DNA of 64,000 nt from an uncultured Gemmatimonadaceae bacterium. Lineage in GTDB: Bacteria; Gemmatimonadota; Gemmatimonadetes; Gemmatimonadales; Gemmatimonadaceae. Location of the stretch: assembly GCA_963829055.1 (NCBI GenBank), contig CAWHHI010000006.1, forward strand, positions 416,001 to 480,000. Reading direction: 5' to 3'. The stretch's first letter is position 1. The number at the start of each line of letters is the position of its first letter. Shown here one piece after another: positions 1 to 12,193 of this stretch. The position numbers were made by a program, and so were the translations under genes. The notes beneath the pieces were generated by a model. It ran no database searches. It was not told the origin of the DNA and worked only from the letters and a program-made list of their open reading frames with translations.

Positions 1-1401
1 GACTTCCAGCCGGTACGTCGTGTCGAGGCGGCCGATCGCCCACTTCCCGTTAGGCGTCTGCTGTACCGCGCGCATGTCCGGGTCGCCGAGTCGCGCGAAC
101 TTCTTCGTGGCGAGCGAGAAGGCGGCCGGGTACGTGAAGCGACGCTCCTGCGCGAGGCGCACGATCTGCACCGACTGCAGCTCGGCGTCCTTCCAGTGCC
201 ACACGTCGACGTTCGCCTGCGGCTCGTCGCTCTTCGGCGGCTCCGCTTCCTGCTCCTTGAGGCCGACGAAGACGCGCGAGCCGTCGTTGCTCCAGCGCGG
301 CGCGGCGAACTCGCTCAGGACCAGCGCCTTTGGGAATGTCGCGTCTTTCGACGGATCGTACTCGATCCGCTTGGCGTTAGGCGACGCCGGCGTCGCTCCA
401 GACGAGCAGCACGTTGTCCTTCTGCTTGTTCGTCTTCTCCTTGTCGCCGCGGAGCACGGCGAGCGACGAGCCCTTCTCGCTCCAGGCGAGCCCGTCGAAG
501 TCGAGCGCGGCGCTCGCCAGCGTGCGCGACTGCCCGTCGCGAGATCGATGACATAGACGCCGTTGCCGAGTCGGTCGGCGGCGTCGACGGTGTAGGCGAA
601 GCGCTGACCGGCGTCGTCGAACTCGAACGCATTCACGTTGCCGATGTTGCGCGTCGCCCCGGTGGAGAGCTCACGGAGAATCAGATCGGTGCCGTCGTGC
701 GTGGTGTCGGACGGCGTCGCCTTGTTCGTCCGCACGGCGAGCCAGCGCCCGCCGTCGGAGAACTGGAAGCTCGCCGGATTCGGCACGGTGAACTTCTCGC
801 CGCTCTTGAGATCGAGGAGCTCGAATCGTCGGGTCGCGGCAGTGCCGCGTTGGGCACCTTGAGCGCCCTGGGCACCCGGTGTCGTTGGGGCGTCTGGGGT
901 TGCGGGCGCGCCGCCGCGTCCGCCGGGACCACCTGGTGCACCTGCGCCTCCGGGACGACCACCTCGTCCGGCCGCGCGGCCAGGCGGATTCACATAGTAG
1001 CCGACCCAGCGCGAGTCATCGGAGAACACCGGGTTGTTGGCGCCGCCACCGCCAAAGCCGCCGCCTCCGCCGCCGGCCGCGGCCGGCGGTGCGCCCACGG
1101 GAATGGTGTAGACCTTCGAGCCATCGAGCTCCTTCACGTACAGCGTCCCGTCGCCGTCGTTCGGCTGGTACGCGTACGTCATCCACTTGCCGTCAGCCGA
1201 GATAGCGGTCTGCGTGATGCGATTCCAGCGACCGTAGTCGGCCAGGTTCAACACCTTTTTCGGGTCGCCGCGAGACGTGGCGGCGGAGCTCGGCGGCGTC
1301 GCCGATACCTGCGTGGCCGTCTGGGCGAATGCCTGGACGGCAGGGACAATGGCGAGCGCGAGCGCCAGCGTGAAGCGCTGGCGGCCGTGGGAGCGGCGCA
1401 T
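1..1401 (-). CDS. Secreted S9/prolyl-oligopeptidase-like protein, N-terminal beta-propeller part (runs off window start, frameshifted)
   Basis: Minus-strand ATG at 1401 gives MRRSHGRQRFTLALALAIVPAVQAFAQ (signal peptide), then LNLADYGRWNRITQTAISADGKWMTY and repeats such as FSDDSRWVGY and FSDGGRWLAV that are typical of S9 peptidase propellers. The catalytic domain is outside the window. Confidence 0.65.
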   Translation of the reverse strand, partial: MRRSHGRQRFTLALALAIVPAVQAFAQTATQVSATPPSSAATSRGDPKKVLNLADYGRWNRITQTAISADGKWMTYAYQPNDGDGTLYVKELDGSKVYTIPVGAPPAAAGGGGGGFGGGGANNPVFSDDSRWVGYYVNPPGRAAGRGGRPGGAGAPGGPGGRGGAPATPDAPTTPGAQGAQGAQRGTAATRRFELLDLKSGEKFTVPNPASFQFSDGGRWLAVRTNKATPSDTTHDGTDLILRELSTGATRNIGNVNAFEFDDAGQRFAYTVDAADRLGNGVYVIDLATGSRARWRAPRSTSTGSPGARRARRSPCSAATRRRRTSRRTTCCSSGATPASPNAKRIEYDPSKDATFPKALVLSEFAAPRWSNDGSRVFVGLKEQEAEPPKSDEPQANVDVWHWKDAELQSVQIVRLAQERRFTYPAAFSLATKKFARLGDPDMRAVQQTPNGKWAIGRLDTTYRLEV

Positions 1402-1629
1402 GGGATGTCTCCGTGGAACGATATCGGGGGCGGACGATTTCACCCGAGAATACGCGGCTGACCACCGGGACGTTCGACGCGTCGAACGCTCTGCGACGTC
1501 GGTGGCTGGCCTCGGCTGCGCCTAACAATCGTTTACCGCTCCGCTTCCGAACCCCGCGTCGAGCGCCTCTCGTGATGGCCGTGCCCGACGCTCGTCGACC
1601 TGCGCCGCCATGGAGGCGTTCACCGGAAG

Positions 1630-1700
1630 GAGAGGGCGGACGGCGGCTGGCCGGCCAAAAAAGCGTGTCATCCCGAGCATCCGGCGAGGGATCCGTGATG
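1630..1700. repeat. Partial REP-like element (class A, TGTCATCCCGAGC arm) with GGCGGAC-type flank
   Basis: GGCGGACGGCGG...AAAAAAGCGTGTCATCCCGAGC...GAGGGATC matches the left end of the element at 46940-47000. The right arm is degenerate. Confidence 0.55.
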
Positions 1701-2396
1701 AACATGTCGAGCGTGATCTCAGGGTCATCGTGAAGCCCGTCGCTCTTCGCGCCCGCGAGCCCGCGAGTCTCCATGTGCTTCGTCACGCCGGCATAGTCGT
1801 AGTACTCCTGCACGTGCGCGACGACCGGGTCGCCCTTCCAGATGCGCCGTCAGCGAGTCCGCGACGGCCGCGCTGCCCGTTCTGATTGCCGCCGCTGTCG
1901 CCGATAGGATGATGCTCTGAAGCCGTGCACCTTGAGGCTGTGCACGACGTCCGTGAGCACCGCGCGGAACGTTCCTCGCGGAGACTGATCGTTCCCCGAG
2001 TCGTCATGTGGCCGTCGGTCGGATCGATCGACCTTCCGGGACGTAGGCGATGTTGGTGCACAGGCGTGTTCCCCAGCGCACGCGCGATCGACTCGCAGTT
2101 CGTTCGCAGGACGTAGTTGTGCTTGCCGAGGCGAGCCACGTCCCGTTAGGCTCGAATCCGCCCGTGGCGATGGGCCGTCGTCTTGCCCTGCTGTTCAGGG
2201 CGTCGCGAACGTCCATCCACGTCATCTCCTCGAGCCACACGGTGTTGGCGCCGGCAGCGGGTTCGGCGCGTCGGCGCAGTTGTAGGGGTTCGCAGCACAC
2301 TGGCCACCGCCCATGTTCTGTCCGGGCGTAGCGTCTGGGACTTGGCCGGCGCAGCGGCGAGCAGGAATGCCGTGCAGAGATGAAGGCTCCCTTCAT
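1700..2396 (-). CDS. Creatininase-family protein (multiple frameshifts; 3' end approximate)
   Basis: Stitched frames read WLEEMTWMDVRDAL, ATGGFEPNG, GKHNYVLRTNCESIARALGN, AYVPEG, GTISLREE, IGDSGGNQ and SDGLHDDP. Confidence 0.75.
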
Positions 2397-2409
2397 GGCG
2401 ACCTCGGGC

Positions 2410-2960
2410 GTCTGAATGACGAGCCGGAATCGACGATCGTGACGCCCTCGCCTGGTAGGTCGCCATGAGGATCGCGCGGCCTAACGTGTGACCGAGCATT
2501 GTGAAGGAGACCGCCGCGGCGGACGTGTTGTCGTCAACGCCAAGCCGCTCGACGTCGAGCGCATGCACGACGAAGTAGTACCGGTGCGGCCGGTCGCCGC
2601 CGCGGGGCAGGGCCTCCGTACGCGTTGGCACCGTAGTCGTTCCGACAGTGGAAGGCTCCCTTCGGGAGGCTCGAGCCACCCTCCTGCTGCGTCGCCAGCA
2701 AGCGACGTGACGGACGCGGGCAGATCCACGACGATCCAGTGCCAGAACCCCGATGGCGTGGGCGCGTCAGGATCGAAGCACGTCACCACGAAGCTCTTCG
2801 TGCCAGCCGGGACATCGCTCCAGACAGCTCGGGAGAGCGATTCCCTGCCGCGTAGATGTGGGCCTGGTCGATCGGCGCCCCGCGTCGCACGTCTTTGCTC
2901 TCCACCGTGAACGACGGTACCCTGGGCGGAAATGGACCGTGGGCCTGAGCGGCGGTGCGT
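2410..2960 (-). CDS. YbhB/YbcL (PEBP/Raf kinase inhibitor-like) protein, frameshifted
   Basis: Motifs VPSFTVES, GNRSPEL, KSFVVTCFDPDAPTPSGFWHW and HRYYFVVHALDVERL are spread over three frames. Confidence 0.85.
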
Positions 2961-3227
2961 GGACGTCCTTGGCAGCAGCGAACGTTCACCAGCGCAGGGG
3001 AGTGCGGCCACGATCGTGACGCGTGCGGCGACACGCGTCACATGTGTGCCTCGGGAAGGGTGGGCAAATCCCGGCCGCCCCGTCGCGCGGTTACCGGAGA
3101 TCGTGCTTCGCTCCGCCGTCACGCTGGCGCCGGAAGCGTTGTCGCTGCCGCCGCCTTCGGTGTCTACCTCGCGGTAACGCCAACGCGCACGCTCGCGACG
3201 CGCGGCGCACGAGCCTACATTCTCGAC

Positions 3228-4235
3228 ATGGAACAGCGGTGGATCAGGCGTGGCGTCCGCGTGGGTTCAGTCGTACTGACGCTCCTCGCCACAACGACAA
3301 ATGGATTCGCGCAGAGCGCACCCGCGCGTCCCGCCGGCCGGCTGACGCCGGAAGAAGTCGCGGCGTTCGCGACGCTCTCGCTCTCGGTCGCGCAGGTGCG
3401 CGACTCGATCCAGAAGCAGTTGGCGCAGCCGCGCAACAAGACGCCGCAGGCGCAGCAGCAGCTCCGCGATCAGCTCGCGACGCAGGTGGCGTCGATTCTC
3501 CAACGCGCCGGTGTCTCGGAAGAGGAGTTCCACCGCAAGACGTACATCGTCAGCACGGACTCGGCCGCGCGTGTGGTGTTCGACTCGACGATGTCGAAGC
3601 TCACCGGCGCGCCGCTGCCCGGCCAACTGGCAGCGAGCGCCCCCGTCGTCGCGGTGCCGGCGGGTCCGATCGGCACGCACATCGGCGCACGTGATGAATG
3701 CGTTCACGGACACACCGAAGGGGATGGGGCTCCTGCCGACGGCGATGGAGGAGGCGCGCGTCGCGTCCGTTCACGCTGGGCTTGCTGCGCGCGATCCCGA
3801 GAACCTCGGCGCGATGAAGCTGCACGCCGGTCACGTGATCAACGCGGTGGACCCGAGCGTCGTGACGTCGGGCCCCGGTCTGGGCTACGGCGTCAAGCGT
3901 GCGGCGTTAGGCGTGGCGGCGCACATCGACCTGGCGGCGAAGGTCCCGGGGGCGTCCGCGAACGTCACCACGCATGCGAACCACGTCGGGACCTCGGCGC
4001 GAAACACGGTTCAGCGTGCCGATGCGATCGTGGCGCTGGCGCAGCGGATTCAGGCGTCGACGTCGGCGTCCGATGCGGCGGCGCTCGTGAGCCAGCTCGT
4101 GTCACTCACGAACGAGCTCGTGCTGGGCAAGGATGCGGACGCCGACGGCAAGGTGACGTGGAAGGAAGGCGAGGGCGGCCTGCAGCAGTGCGACGAGCAC
4201 GTGCGGCTGCTGCTCGCTGGCGAGGCGCACTACGG
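3228..4235 (+). CDS. Secreted hypothetical protein (frameshift near 3690; 3' end runs into a repeat)
   Basis: Signal peptide MEQRWIRRG...LLATTTNGFAQS, a helical Gln-rich domain, then a His-rich domain (HVMNAFTDTP...HAGHVINAVDP...HVRLL). Confidence 0.6.
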
Positions 4236-4236
4236 C

Positions 4237-4496
4237 TGTCATTCCGAGCGTCGGCGAGGACGAGCCCGACAGAAGGATTGCAGGTCGACAGGATTGCCCG
4301 GCGGCGGAGCGCAGCCGTCCCTGATCGACAGTCCCGTTCAACCTGCGAATCCTGGTCGATCCTGACTCCTGCGATTGCTCGCCTACCGTCGCTTCGCTCA
4401 GCGGATCGGTGACACAGCGACCTTCCTGGATCAGCTGCAGCCGGTCGAGCCCGAGTACTTCACGACAAGGTCCCTCGCTGCGCGCTCGGGATGACA
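4237..4496. repeat. Degenerate REP-like palindromic element(s) between convergent genes
   Basis: TGTCATTCCGAGCG at 4237 and GGTCCCTCGCTGCGCGCTCGGGATGACA ending near 4496. Confidence 0.6.
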
Positions 4497-4515
4497 GCTG
4501 CGCTCGGCGACGACG

Positions 4516-6696
4516 TCAGCAGGACACGCAGTGATGCTGATTCTTCGCGCCGAGCTTCTCGAGCAGCGCGATCGTCTCCGGGAACGGCCGCAGTCGCTGC
4601 ACCGGCCCGTTCGCCATGTCCACCACCGTGCGTCCCGTTGCGCGAGACCGCCTTCACGTCCGCGCCGTGGGCGACGAGATACACGATCATCTCGTTGTCG
4701 CCACGCGCCGCCGCGCCATGCAGCGCCGTGTACCCGTTGTTGTCGCGCGCGTTGACGTCGACGTGCAGATCCTCGACGAGGTACTTCATCACCGACATCC
4801 ACGCGTCCGGCGCGTGGCGGTGCGAGTTCCCGGCGAAGCCGTTGCCGTAGCCGACGCCGGCCGCGGCGTGAATGGGAAGCACGCCCGGCCCGACCGGCGC
4901 CGCCTTCGCCATCACCTCGATGTCCGGGTCCAGCTTGAGCTGCGTGCCCGCGCCGAGTCCGGGCTGGTCGCGGCACGCCGCGCCCGCTCGGCGGCGCGGT
5001 TCGCCGTGTCGGCGGCGTCGCTGGCGCGGCGCTGGCGACTTCAGGCAGCCGCCGGCTGCGTCGCCGACCTTCTCGACGTCGTCTCCACGTTCGGGCTCGC
5101 CGCCGCGCTCGCCACGGCACCAGCAGCCGTCGCTCGACCACTATCGGCAGCGGCACCCGGACGAGCGGGCCGCGCCGCACGTGCGGCGGGCGCAGGCGGA
5201 GTCGACGCCAGCTTCGGGTCCGCCCCGTGCGCGATCAGCAGCTTCATCGCGTCGAGGTCGAGCGCGTACGTCGCGCGCCAGAACGGCGTCGTCCCGTCGA
5301 TGTTCTCGAGGCCGCAGTTCGGGTTGCCGCAGTTGTTGTACGCGAAGTACCACGGCTGCTTCTTGAGCCGCGCGTTCACGTCCGCGCCCTTCGCGAGCAG
5401 CGCCTCCATCAGCTCGAGGTGCGTCGTCTTCTGCGTCTGGATCGCCTGCGGCTGCGGGATAGCGCGAGCGCGGCGCCCACTGCGAGTTGATCGTCGCGTA
5501 CAGCGGCGCCATCCCCGACGCGCTGGCGATGTTCGGATTCGCGCCACGCTCGATGAGCCGCATGCGCGACGTCGAACTGGCCGTTGATGATCGCCATGAG
5601 CAGCGGCGTCGTCCCGTCCACGAGCGACGTGTCGTTGATGTTCGCGCCGCCGTCGAGCAGCGCGAGCGCCGCATCGAGGTTGCCCTGACGCACCGCGTGA
5701 TGCAGCGCCGTGAGGCCACCCATGCTGCCGACCTGCTTGATGAAGCCCTCGACGCCGCCGTTCAGCGTGTCGACCTGCTCCTTCACGGAGTCCTTCGGGA
5801 CGCTCGCCGCCGTCAGCACCGCGCGCCCGGAGTCGATCGCCGCCTGAATCTGCTCCGGCGTGAACGGTCCACGCGGCTCGCGCACGGGCAGCTGATTCCC
5901 GCGACCTCCTGCCTGCCCTGCGGCCTGCGCATTCGAGTCGGCGCCGGCCGGACGGCAGCACGTGCCGCGGCCTTCGCCGCATCGAGGGACTTCTTGAAGT
6001 CCGCCTCGGCTGAGTCGTGCCGGGCCGGCGGCTCGAACGAGATGAGCACCGCGCGCCGCTTCTTTCTCCGCGGCCTGCTCACGCGCGGCGTCGTCGGAGA
6101 GGTTGAGCACGCGCGTATGGATCGACGGATCGGCACCGTGCTTCAGCAGCACCTGGATCGCCGCTGGCCGATCGTACTCGGCGGCGAAGACGAGCGGTGT
6201 CTGTCCCCAGCTCGACTCGCGCGCGTTAGGGTCCGCGCCCTTGGACGAGCAGCGCCTTGACGACATCGGCGTTGCCGGCGGCCGCCGCGAGGTGCAGCGC
6301 CGTGGCGCCGCTCGCCGTCGTCGCCTTCACATCGCTGCCCGCGGCCAGCAGCGCGCGCACGACGGCGGGATTCCCGGTTCGCGCCGCGATGTGCAGCGGC
6401 GTGTACGCGCCGATGCGCGTTCGCGACGTCGACGTTCGCCTTCGCGCGAAGCAGCTCGCTCGCCATCGCCGAGTCGCCGCGATCGGCGGCCCAGTGCAGG
6501 GCGGTCATGCCGTCGCCCTGCGGCGGCGTTCACGTCGGCGCGTCGCGCGATCAGCGTTCTCACGGCGGCGACGTCGCCGCGCATTGCCGCGTCGGCGATC
6601 GGCGACGACTGTCGACGGCGGCATCGTCGCCGCGGCGAGCGATGCTCCACGCGGCAACGACACCGACGAGCGCTCAACGAGCGAGCGGTCAGTCAC
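4516..6696 (-). CDS. Ankyrin-repeat protein of the DUF1592/DUF1552 cluster (frameshifted)
   Basis: Repeated ankyrin motifs (MTALHWAA, QTPLVFAA, LTALHHAV, TTPLLMAI, YTALHGAAARG). The C-terminus is GAKNQHHCVSC followed by a stop at 4516. Confidence 0.85.
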
Positions 6697-6735
6697 GAGT
6701 GATCCTCGAATGTCGTGTCATCAGCCGGTCTCCAT

Positions 6736-8146
6736 TCAGACCGACAGCGTGAACTCGCCCGTGCTGTCGCCGAAGCTCTCGCACGTCGTTGCAGCCCGAA
6801 CTGGTGCGCCAGCGTCAGCATCACGTTCGCCATCGGCGTCGCGTCAGGCGCCTTGAGATGCATGTTGCCCGGCAGCCGGCCATTCCCGTGGCCGAGCAGC
6901 AGCAGCGGGCAGCGGCGATGGTTGTGAATGTTGCCATCCGCCATCGGCGAGCCGTACATGATCACCGTCTTCTCGAGCAGGTTGCTGTCGCCTTCCTTCG
7001 TGTTCTTGAGCTTCTCGAGGAAGTACGGCAGCATGCTGACGTGGTAGCGGTTGATCTTGTTGAAATCGAGGATCGCCGACTCGCGACCGCCGTGGTGCGA
7101 CGCCGGGTGGAAGCGCCTTGTCGGTGCCGCTCTCCGGGATACGCGCGCGTCGACGCGTCGCGGCCCGTCTTGAACGAGAACACGCGCGTCATGTCCGACT
7201 CGAACGCGAGCACCTGGATGTCGAACATGAGCTTCATGTGCTCGGCGAACGAGTCCGGCACGCCTAACGGCGCTTCGGGCAGCTCGCGCTGCTCGCCGCT
7301 CGCGTTCCGCGCTTCGACCGCCTGGATGCGGCGCTCGAGCTCGCGAATGTCCGACGAGGTACTTGTCGATCGCGCTGGCGATCCGTCGGGCCGAGCTCGC
7401 GCTTGAGCCCAGCGAGGTCGCCGACGATCCAGTCGAGAATGCTCTGGTTCGCCTTGCGCCGCACGGCGCGGTCGCGTGTTGTTGCTGCCGGCGCCGAACA
7501 GCAGGTCGAACGCGATGCGCGGGTTGCGAATCATCGGCAGCGGATCCGTCGGGCTCGCCCAGCTCAGCGTGTCGGTGTACGCGCAGGCGTAGTTGTAGTC
7601 GCAGCCGCCGCCGCGATCCTGGTTCTCGATGCACAGCTGCATCGACGGGATCGCGGTGTCCTCGGCCGATCTTGCGCGCGACGATCTGGTCGAGCGACGT
7701 GCCGACGTACACGTCGGAGCCCTGCGTCTGCTTCGGGTGCGACTGCGTGAGGAACACGGCGCTCGACCGGAAGTGGTCGCCGCCGATCTCCGGCGCCTCG
7801 AACGCCTCGGCCATGCGCACGTCGGTGTTGCTGACGATCGTCAGATACTTCGCGCCACGGCTCGAGCGGGGCGAGCGCGCCTTCGGGATTGAGCTCGAAG
7901 TTGCGGCCGATCTCCGCCGGCGCCCACAGGTGCTTCGACGCGCCCCACGTATTGCGAGCCGGCGCACCCGTGCACGAGCTCCATGCACACGAGCCGCGTC
8001 TTGTCGGCGGCCGCCGACGCGCCACCGACCTTCGCGAGCGAGCGGAACGCCGGCTCCATCGCGTCGAGGTAGGGCAGTGCGACCATGGCACCCAGTCCGC
8101 GAAGGAACGTGCGGCGCTCCATCGCCTTTCCGGCCAGGATCTGCAT
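6736..8146 (-). CDS. DUF1552-domain protein (Tat-like N-terminus; frameshifted)
   Basis: MERRTFLRGLGAMVALPYLDAM, GGDHFRSSAVFLT, CDYNYACAYTDTLSW, DMTRVFSF, HPASHH and YGSPMADGNIHNH. Confidence 0.85.
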
Positions 8147-8176
8147 CGGGTTTCTCGGCTCCTCTCTGGTCCGTAG

Positions 8177-10719
8177 CTAACGCTGCGAGCGATTGTCGTC
8201 CGCGGCCACCGGCTGCTCGGCCGTGCGCATGCGGAACGCCGCTGCTGTTCACGACGCCCATGACGAACGACGAGAACCTGTAGCCGCTCTCCGGCCTCGC
8301 TGCGCGATCGCGCGGACGGTCGGCTGATCTTCATCGGCGACGCGGCGGCCTAACGCGTACGCCATCAGGTTCTCGGTGAAATGACGGACGAACGGCGTCG
8401 GACGCTTGAGCAGCGCGCGCGTGAGCTCGGACGGCGTGGACACCGGCGTGCCGTCGTACAGCTCGCCCCGCGTGTCGAGCGGCATCGCGTTCTCGCGATA
8501 GCGCCACCGGCCGGTCACGTCGAAGTTGTCGAGCGCGAGGCCGATCGGGTCCATGTACTGATGGCACGTGCGGCACGTGATGTTCTTGCGGTGCAGCTCC
8601 ATGCGCTCGCGCGTCGTGAGCGGCTTGCCGTCCTTGCCGTCCGTCGTCTCGTCGAGCGACGGGACGTTAGGCGGCGGCGGTGGCGGCGGCATGCCGATGA
8701 CCACCTCCATCACCCACTTGCCGCGCAGCACCGGCGACGTGCGATTCGCGAGCGACGTCTGCACCAGCATGCTGCCCTGGCCGAGGATGCCGCGGCGCGT
8801 GCTGTCGGGGTACGTCACGCGGCGGAACTGCGTCGCCGGAGACGTTCTGAAGCCGTAGTGCCGAGCCAGGCGCTCGTTCACGAACGTGTAGTTCGCCGTG
8901 AGCAGCGTCAGGATGCTGCGGTCGTGCTTGACGATGTCGCCGAAGAACAGCTCCGTCTCCTTCTGCATCGCGTCGCCCGAGCTGCTCGTCGTAGTCCGGG
9001 AACCAGAACGACGTCCGGACGCACCTTCTCGATGTCCTGCAGGCGCAGCCACTGGCCGGCGAAGCGCGTCGCGAGCGCGTCGGCGCGCGGGTCGGCGAGC
9101 ATGCGCTTCACTTCGCGCCTCGAGCGTCACCGGCGTGGACAGCGTGCCTGCCGCGGCGAGCTTCAGCAGGCGATCGTCGGGGATGCTGCTCCAGAGGAAG
9201 AACGAGAGGCGCGACGCGAGCTCGTAGTCGCTGATCTTGTAGTCCGTGCCTGGCGTCGACGTTCGCGGGCGTCGTCTCGAAGCGGAACACGAAGTACGGG
9301 CTCGCCAGCATCGCCTGCAGCGCCGAGCGAATGCCTTCCTCGAAGCCGCCCGACTGCGCGCCGCGCTTGTAGAACGACATGAGGCCCTCCATGTCGTGCG
9401 GCGTCAGCGCTCGGCGATACGCTCTCGTGCCCAGACGGGTCAGGATCTGCTGCCGCGCACGCGGTGTCGGCGACCGTGGTCGACGGACGGCACGAGAAGA
9501 TGATGCGGCGGCTCGGCGTTTCGGAAACGCCGACCGCGTTCTGCGGGCCGACGATGCCGAGATCCATGATGTGCGGCGGCATCGTCGTGCCGGAGCTCGC
9601 CGTGCCGCCCGACGCCAGCGACCAGTCGTGCGGCTTGATGAGATCCTCGTACGGACCGTCGCCGCGCCTGACGAACGCGACCGACACGCGGTGCGGGCCG
9701 GCCGTGACCTTGAGCGGCTCGGTGCTGATAGAGGTCGACGCCGAGCGGGAGGTCCTGCGACGGCGAACGATTTGTTCACGCCGCGCTCGTACTGCAGCGA
9801 GCGCCACGCGCTCGCCGTCGATCGAGACGTCGATGTCCTCGAGCTGCGTGCCGATGCCGCCGGCGACGTTGAAGCGAAGCTCGTAGAGCCCGTCGGCGAC
9901 GAACGTGTGCTGCGCGACGATGCCGCCGCGCGTGCCGTACGGCGCGCCGTCGACGTGGTCCCACGGGTGCTGCGAGATGTACGGCGACACGCGGTACGTC
10001 GTCATCGACAGCGGCGCGTTCTTGTCGCCGACGGCCATGAGGCTCACCGTCGCGGCGGCGTTGAGGTACGCCTCGAGCAGCGTGGGCGACAGCAGCTGGG
10101 CGTCGGCGATGTTGTCGAAGTTCGCGCTCTTGGTGTCGAGCGGCAGGTAGTCCGCCGCGTTCACGTCGACGCCTAACAAGTCGCGAATCGCGTTCTCGTA
10201 CTCGGGGCGGTTGAGACGCTGGAACGTGCGCGGACCCGGCGTTCGGTGGCGACGCCTTGTCGATCACGCGCTCGATCGCCGTTCGCGAGCATCTGCAGCG
10301 TGTCGCTCGGCGGCCGCGGACGCGCCGGCCAGCGGCATCATCTCGGCGCGCAGCTTCCGGATCATCTTCTCCGACTTCAGGCGCGCGGTGTCCGCCTGGG
10401 CGATGTCGAAGCCTTCCAGCGACAGGTTGCCGAGCTGGAGGTCGTTGCTGTGGCAGTCGATGCAGTACGCGTCGATGACGTCGTTGAGCGTCGTCGAACG
10501 GAGCGATCGCGTGGACGAGGCGACGCGTCGTACGTGATTCACCCGGCGCGCACGCGGCGCAGGGCGTTCGTCGTCGGCGCCGACGATTCCGAGCGCGGCT
10601 GTACGGCCAGGCGATGGCGCGGCGGAGGCGCCCGTCGGGGGGCCGTCTCACCCATGCTCATGCCGACTTTGAACGACAGTGCTACCGTCAGTACGCGACG
10701 CCGCGAGGACACTCTTCAT
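8177..10719 (-). CDS. DUF1587/1595/1592/1588/1585 multidomain protein with c-type heme motifs (frameshifted)
   Basis: YCIDCH, KLRAEMMP, FDNIADAQ, ALQAMLASPYFVFR, RFAGQWLRL, RTSPVLRGKWV and CRTCHQYMDPIGLALDNFD. ATG at 10719 follows GGAGGGGG. Confidence 0.85.
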
Positions 10720-10758
10720 CCGACCCCCTCCGGGCTGGTTGGGTTACGAGGCCGAGGG

Positions 10759-11434
10759 TCAGAGCTCGTGCTTGTCCTTCGTCTGGTTGCTGATCTGCAG
10801 GTCCCAGCCGTCTGGATCCTTCACGTGGAAGCTTTTGAACGGGGACGTTTCCATGGAACCGCGGCCGCCGGTGTCCTCGCGCGGTGTGAGGCCGCGCTTG
10901 ACGAGCTCGCTGCGCACCGTCTCCGTGTCCCACGGCTCGATGCCCCACGAGATATGGTCGACCACTCCGTGACTGGAGGGCGCGAGGCTTGTGCCATCGC
11001 TGAGCCCGCGGACGCCAGTTCGCCGTATCCGCACGAACCGGAGGCTGCGTTACAGGCTGGGCGGCAGGCTGGCCAGCGGTCGCGCCCGCGGCATCAGCAG
11101 GACGCCGACGATTGCGGATGATGATCCCGCCGATGCCGTTGATATCGATGTCGGCCTGGGTGCCGGTGTCCTTCAGCACCTTCCAGCCCATGAGATCGGT
11201 GTAGAACTCGGTGCTCCGTTTGTAGTCGGAGACCTGGAAGGAGATGTGATCGAGGTAGACCGTCTTCCAGGGAGTGCCGGACGCGGCTTTGGCAGGCGCG
11301 GCGGCCACGCTCTGGGCGACCGCGGACGCCACTGGCGATCCAACGGCCATGAGCGCGAGTGTCTGCACGAGTTGGCGGCGGCTCAACTTTCCGCCTTCGA
11401 AATCCCGCAGTAACGCCGCGACGACGCTTTCCAT
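10759..11434 (-). CDS. VOC/glyoxalase-family protein with Tat-like N-terminus (frameshift near 11030)
   Basis: LSRRQLVQTLALMA, LDHISFQVSDYKRSTEFY, VDHISWGIE and SFHVKDPDGWDLQI. Confidence 0.85.
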
Positions 11435-11538
11435 AGAAGGCCGCTGCCTTGGGTGAGGTATGGAGCTTACGCGCGAACCTAGCGAAAGTGCTGCGACAGG
11501 CGTACAAGGGATAGCCCTTTCCGGAGATCTGGCCCCCT

Positions 11539-12171
11539 GTGAAGTCGCTCGTAATTGCTCCGCTCGCAATCGTCGCTGCCATTGGCAGCGCGTCGGCTCA
11601 GGCGAAGTCGCCTTCCAAGACTGAAAGCGTGCGGTACATGGTTGCGCCCGCCGGCAACGAAGCCCGCTATCGCGTTCGCGAACAGTTGGCGGGTTTCGAC
11701 CTTCCCAAGGACGCGATCGGCGCCACCAAGAACGTCACGGGACGCGTCGTGATTGGAGCCGACGGCAAGGTCGTCAAGGACAGCTCGAAGGTCACCATTC
11801 AGCTCTCCGACCTGAAGAGCGACCAGGGCCGCCGCGATAATTACTTGCGACGAAGCACGCTCGAGACGGAAAAGTTCCCTAACGCCGAGCTCGTACCCGT
11901 AGCGCTCGAGGGGCTGCTCATGCCGATCGAGCCCGGATCCTCGCAGACGTTCATCGTGCGTGGCGACCTCACGGTCCACGGCGTGACACGGCCTACGACC
12001 TGGCAGGTGACTGCCCGTGGGGAAGGGAAGGACGTCGTCGGCACCGCGGCCACCGCCTTCACGTTCAAGGATTTCGCACTCGAGCAACCGCGCGTCCCGG
12101 TCGTCCTCAGCGTCGCCGACACGATCCGGCTGGAGTACGACTTCCGGTTCGTGCCGGACACCGCGCGCTGA
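11539..12171 (+). CDS. YceI-family polyisoprenoid-binding protein
   Basis: Signal peptide, ARYRVREQL, LKSDQGRRDNYLR and GDLTVHGVTRP. Confidence 0.9.
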   Translation: MKSLVIAPLAIVAAIGSASAQAKSPSKTESVRYMVAPAGNEARYRVREQLAGFDLPKDAIGATKNVTGRVVIGADGKVVKDSSKVTIQLSDLKSDQGRRDNYLRRSTLETEKFPNAELVPVALEGLLMPIEPGSSQTFIVRGDLTVHGVTRPTTWQVTARGEGKDVVGTAATAFTFKDFALEQPRVPVVLSVADTIRLEYDFRFVPDTAR

Positions 12172-12193
12172 CCTCTCACGTTAGGCACCGCGC

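Noticed and set aside
196..1461. Long + strand ORF, and the many similar Arg/Ala-rich ORFs in the track
   Set aside because: These are antisense or off-frame shadows of real genes in high-GC DNA and show no recognisable motifs.
1700..11434. Programmed ribosomal frameshifting or RNA editing explaining the split genes
   Set aside because: The indels are numerous, occur in unrelated genes, lack consistent slippery sites and cluster by region, so sequencing error is simpler.
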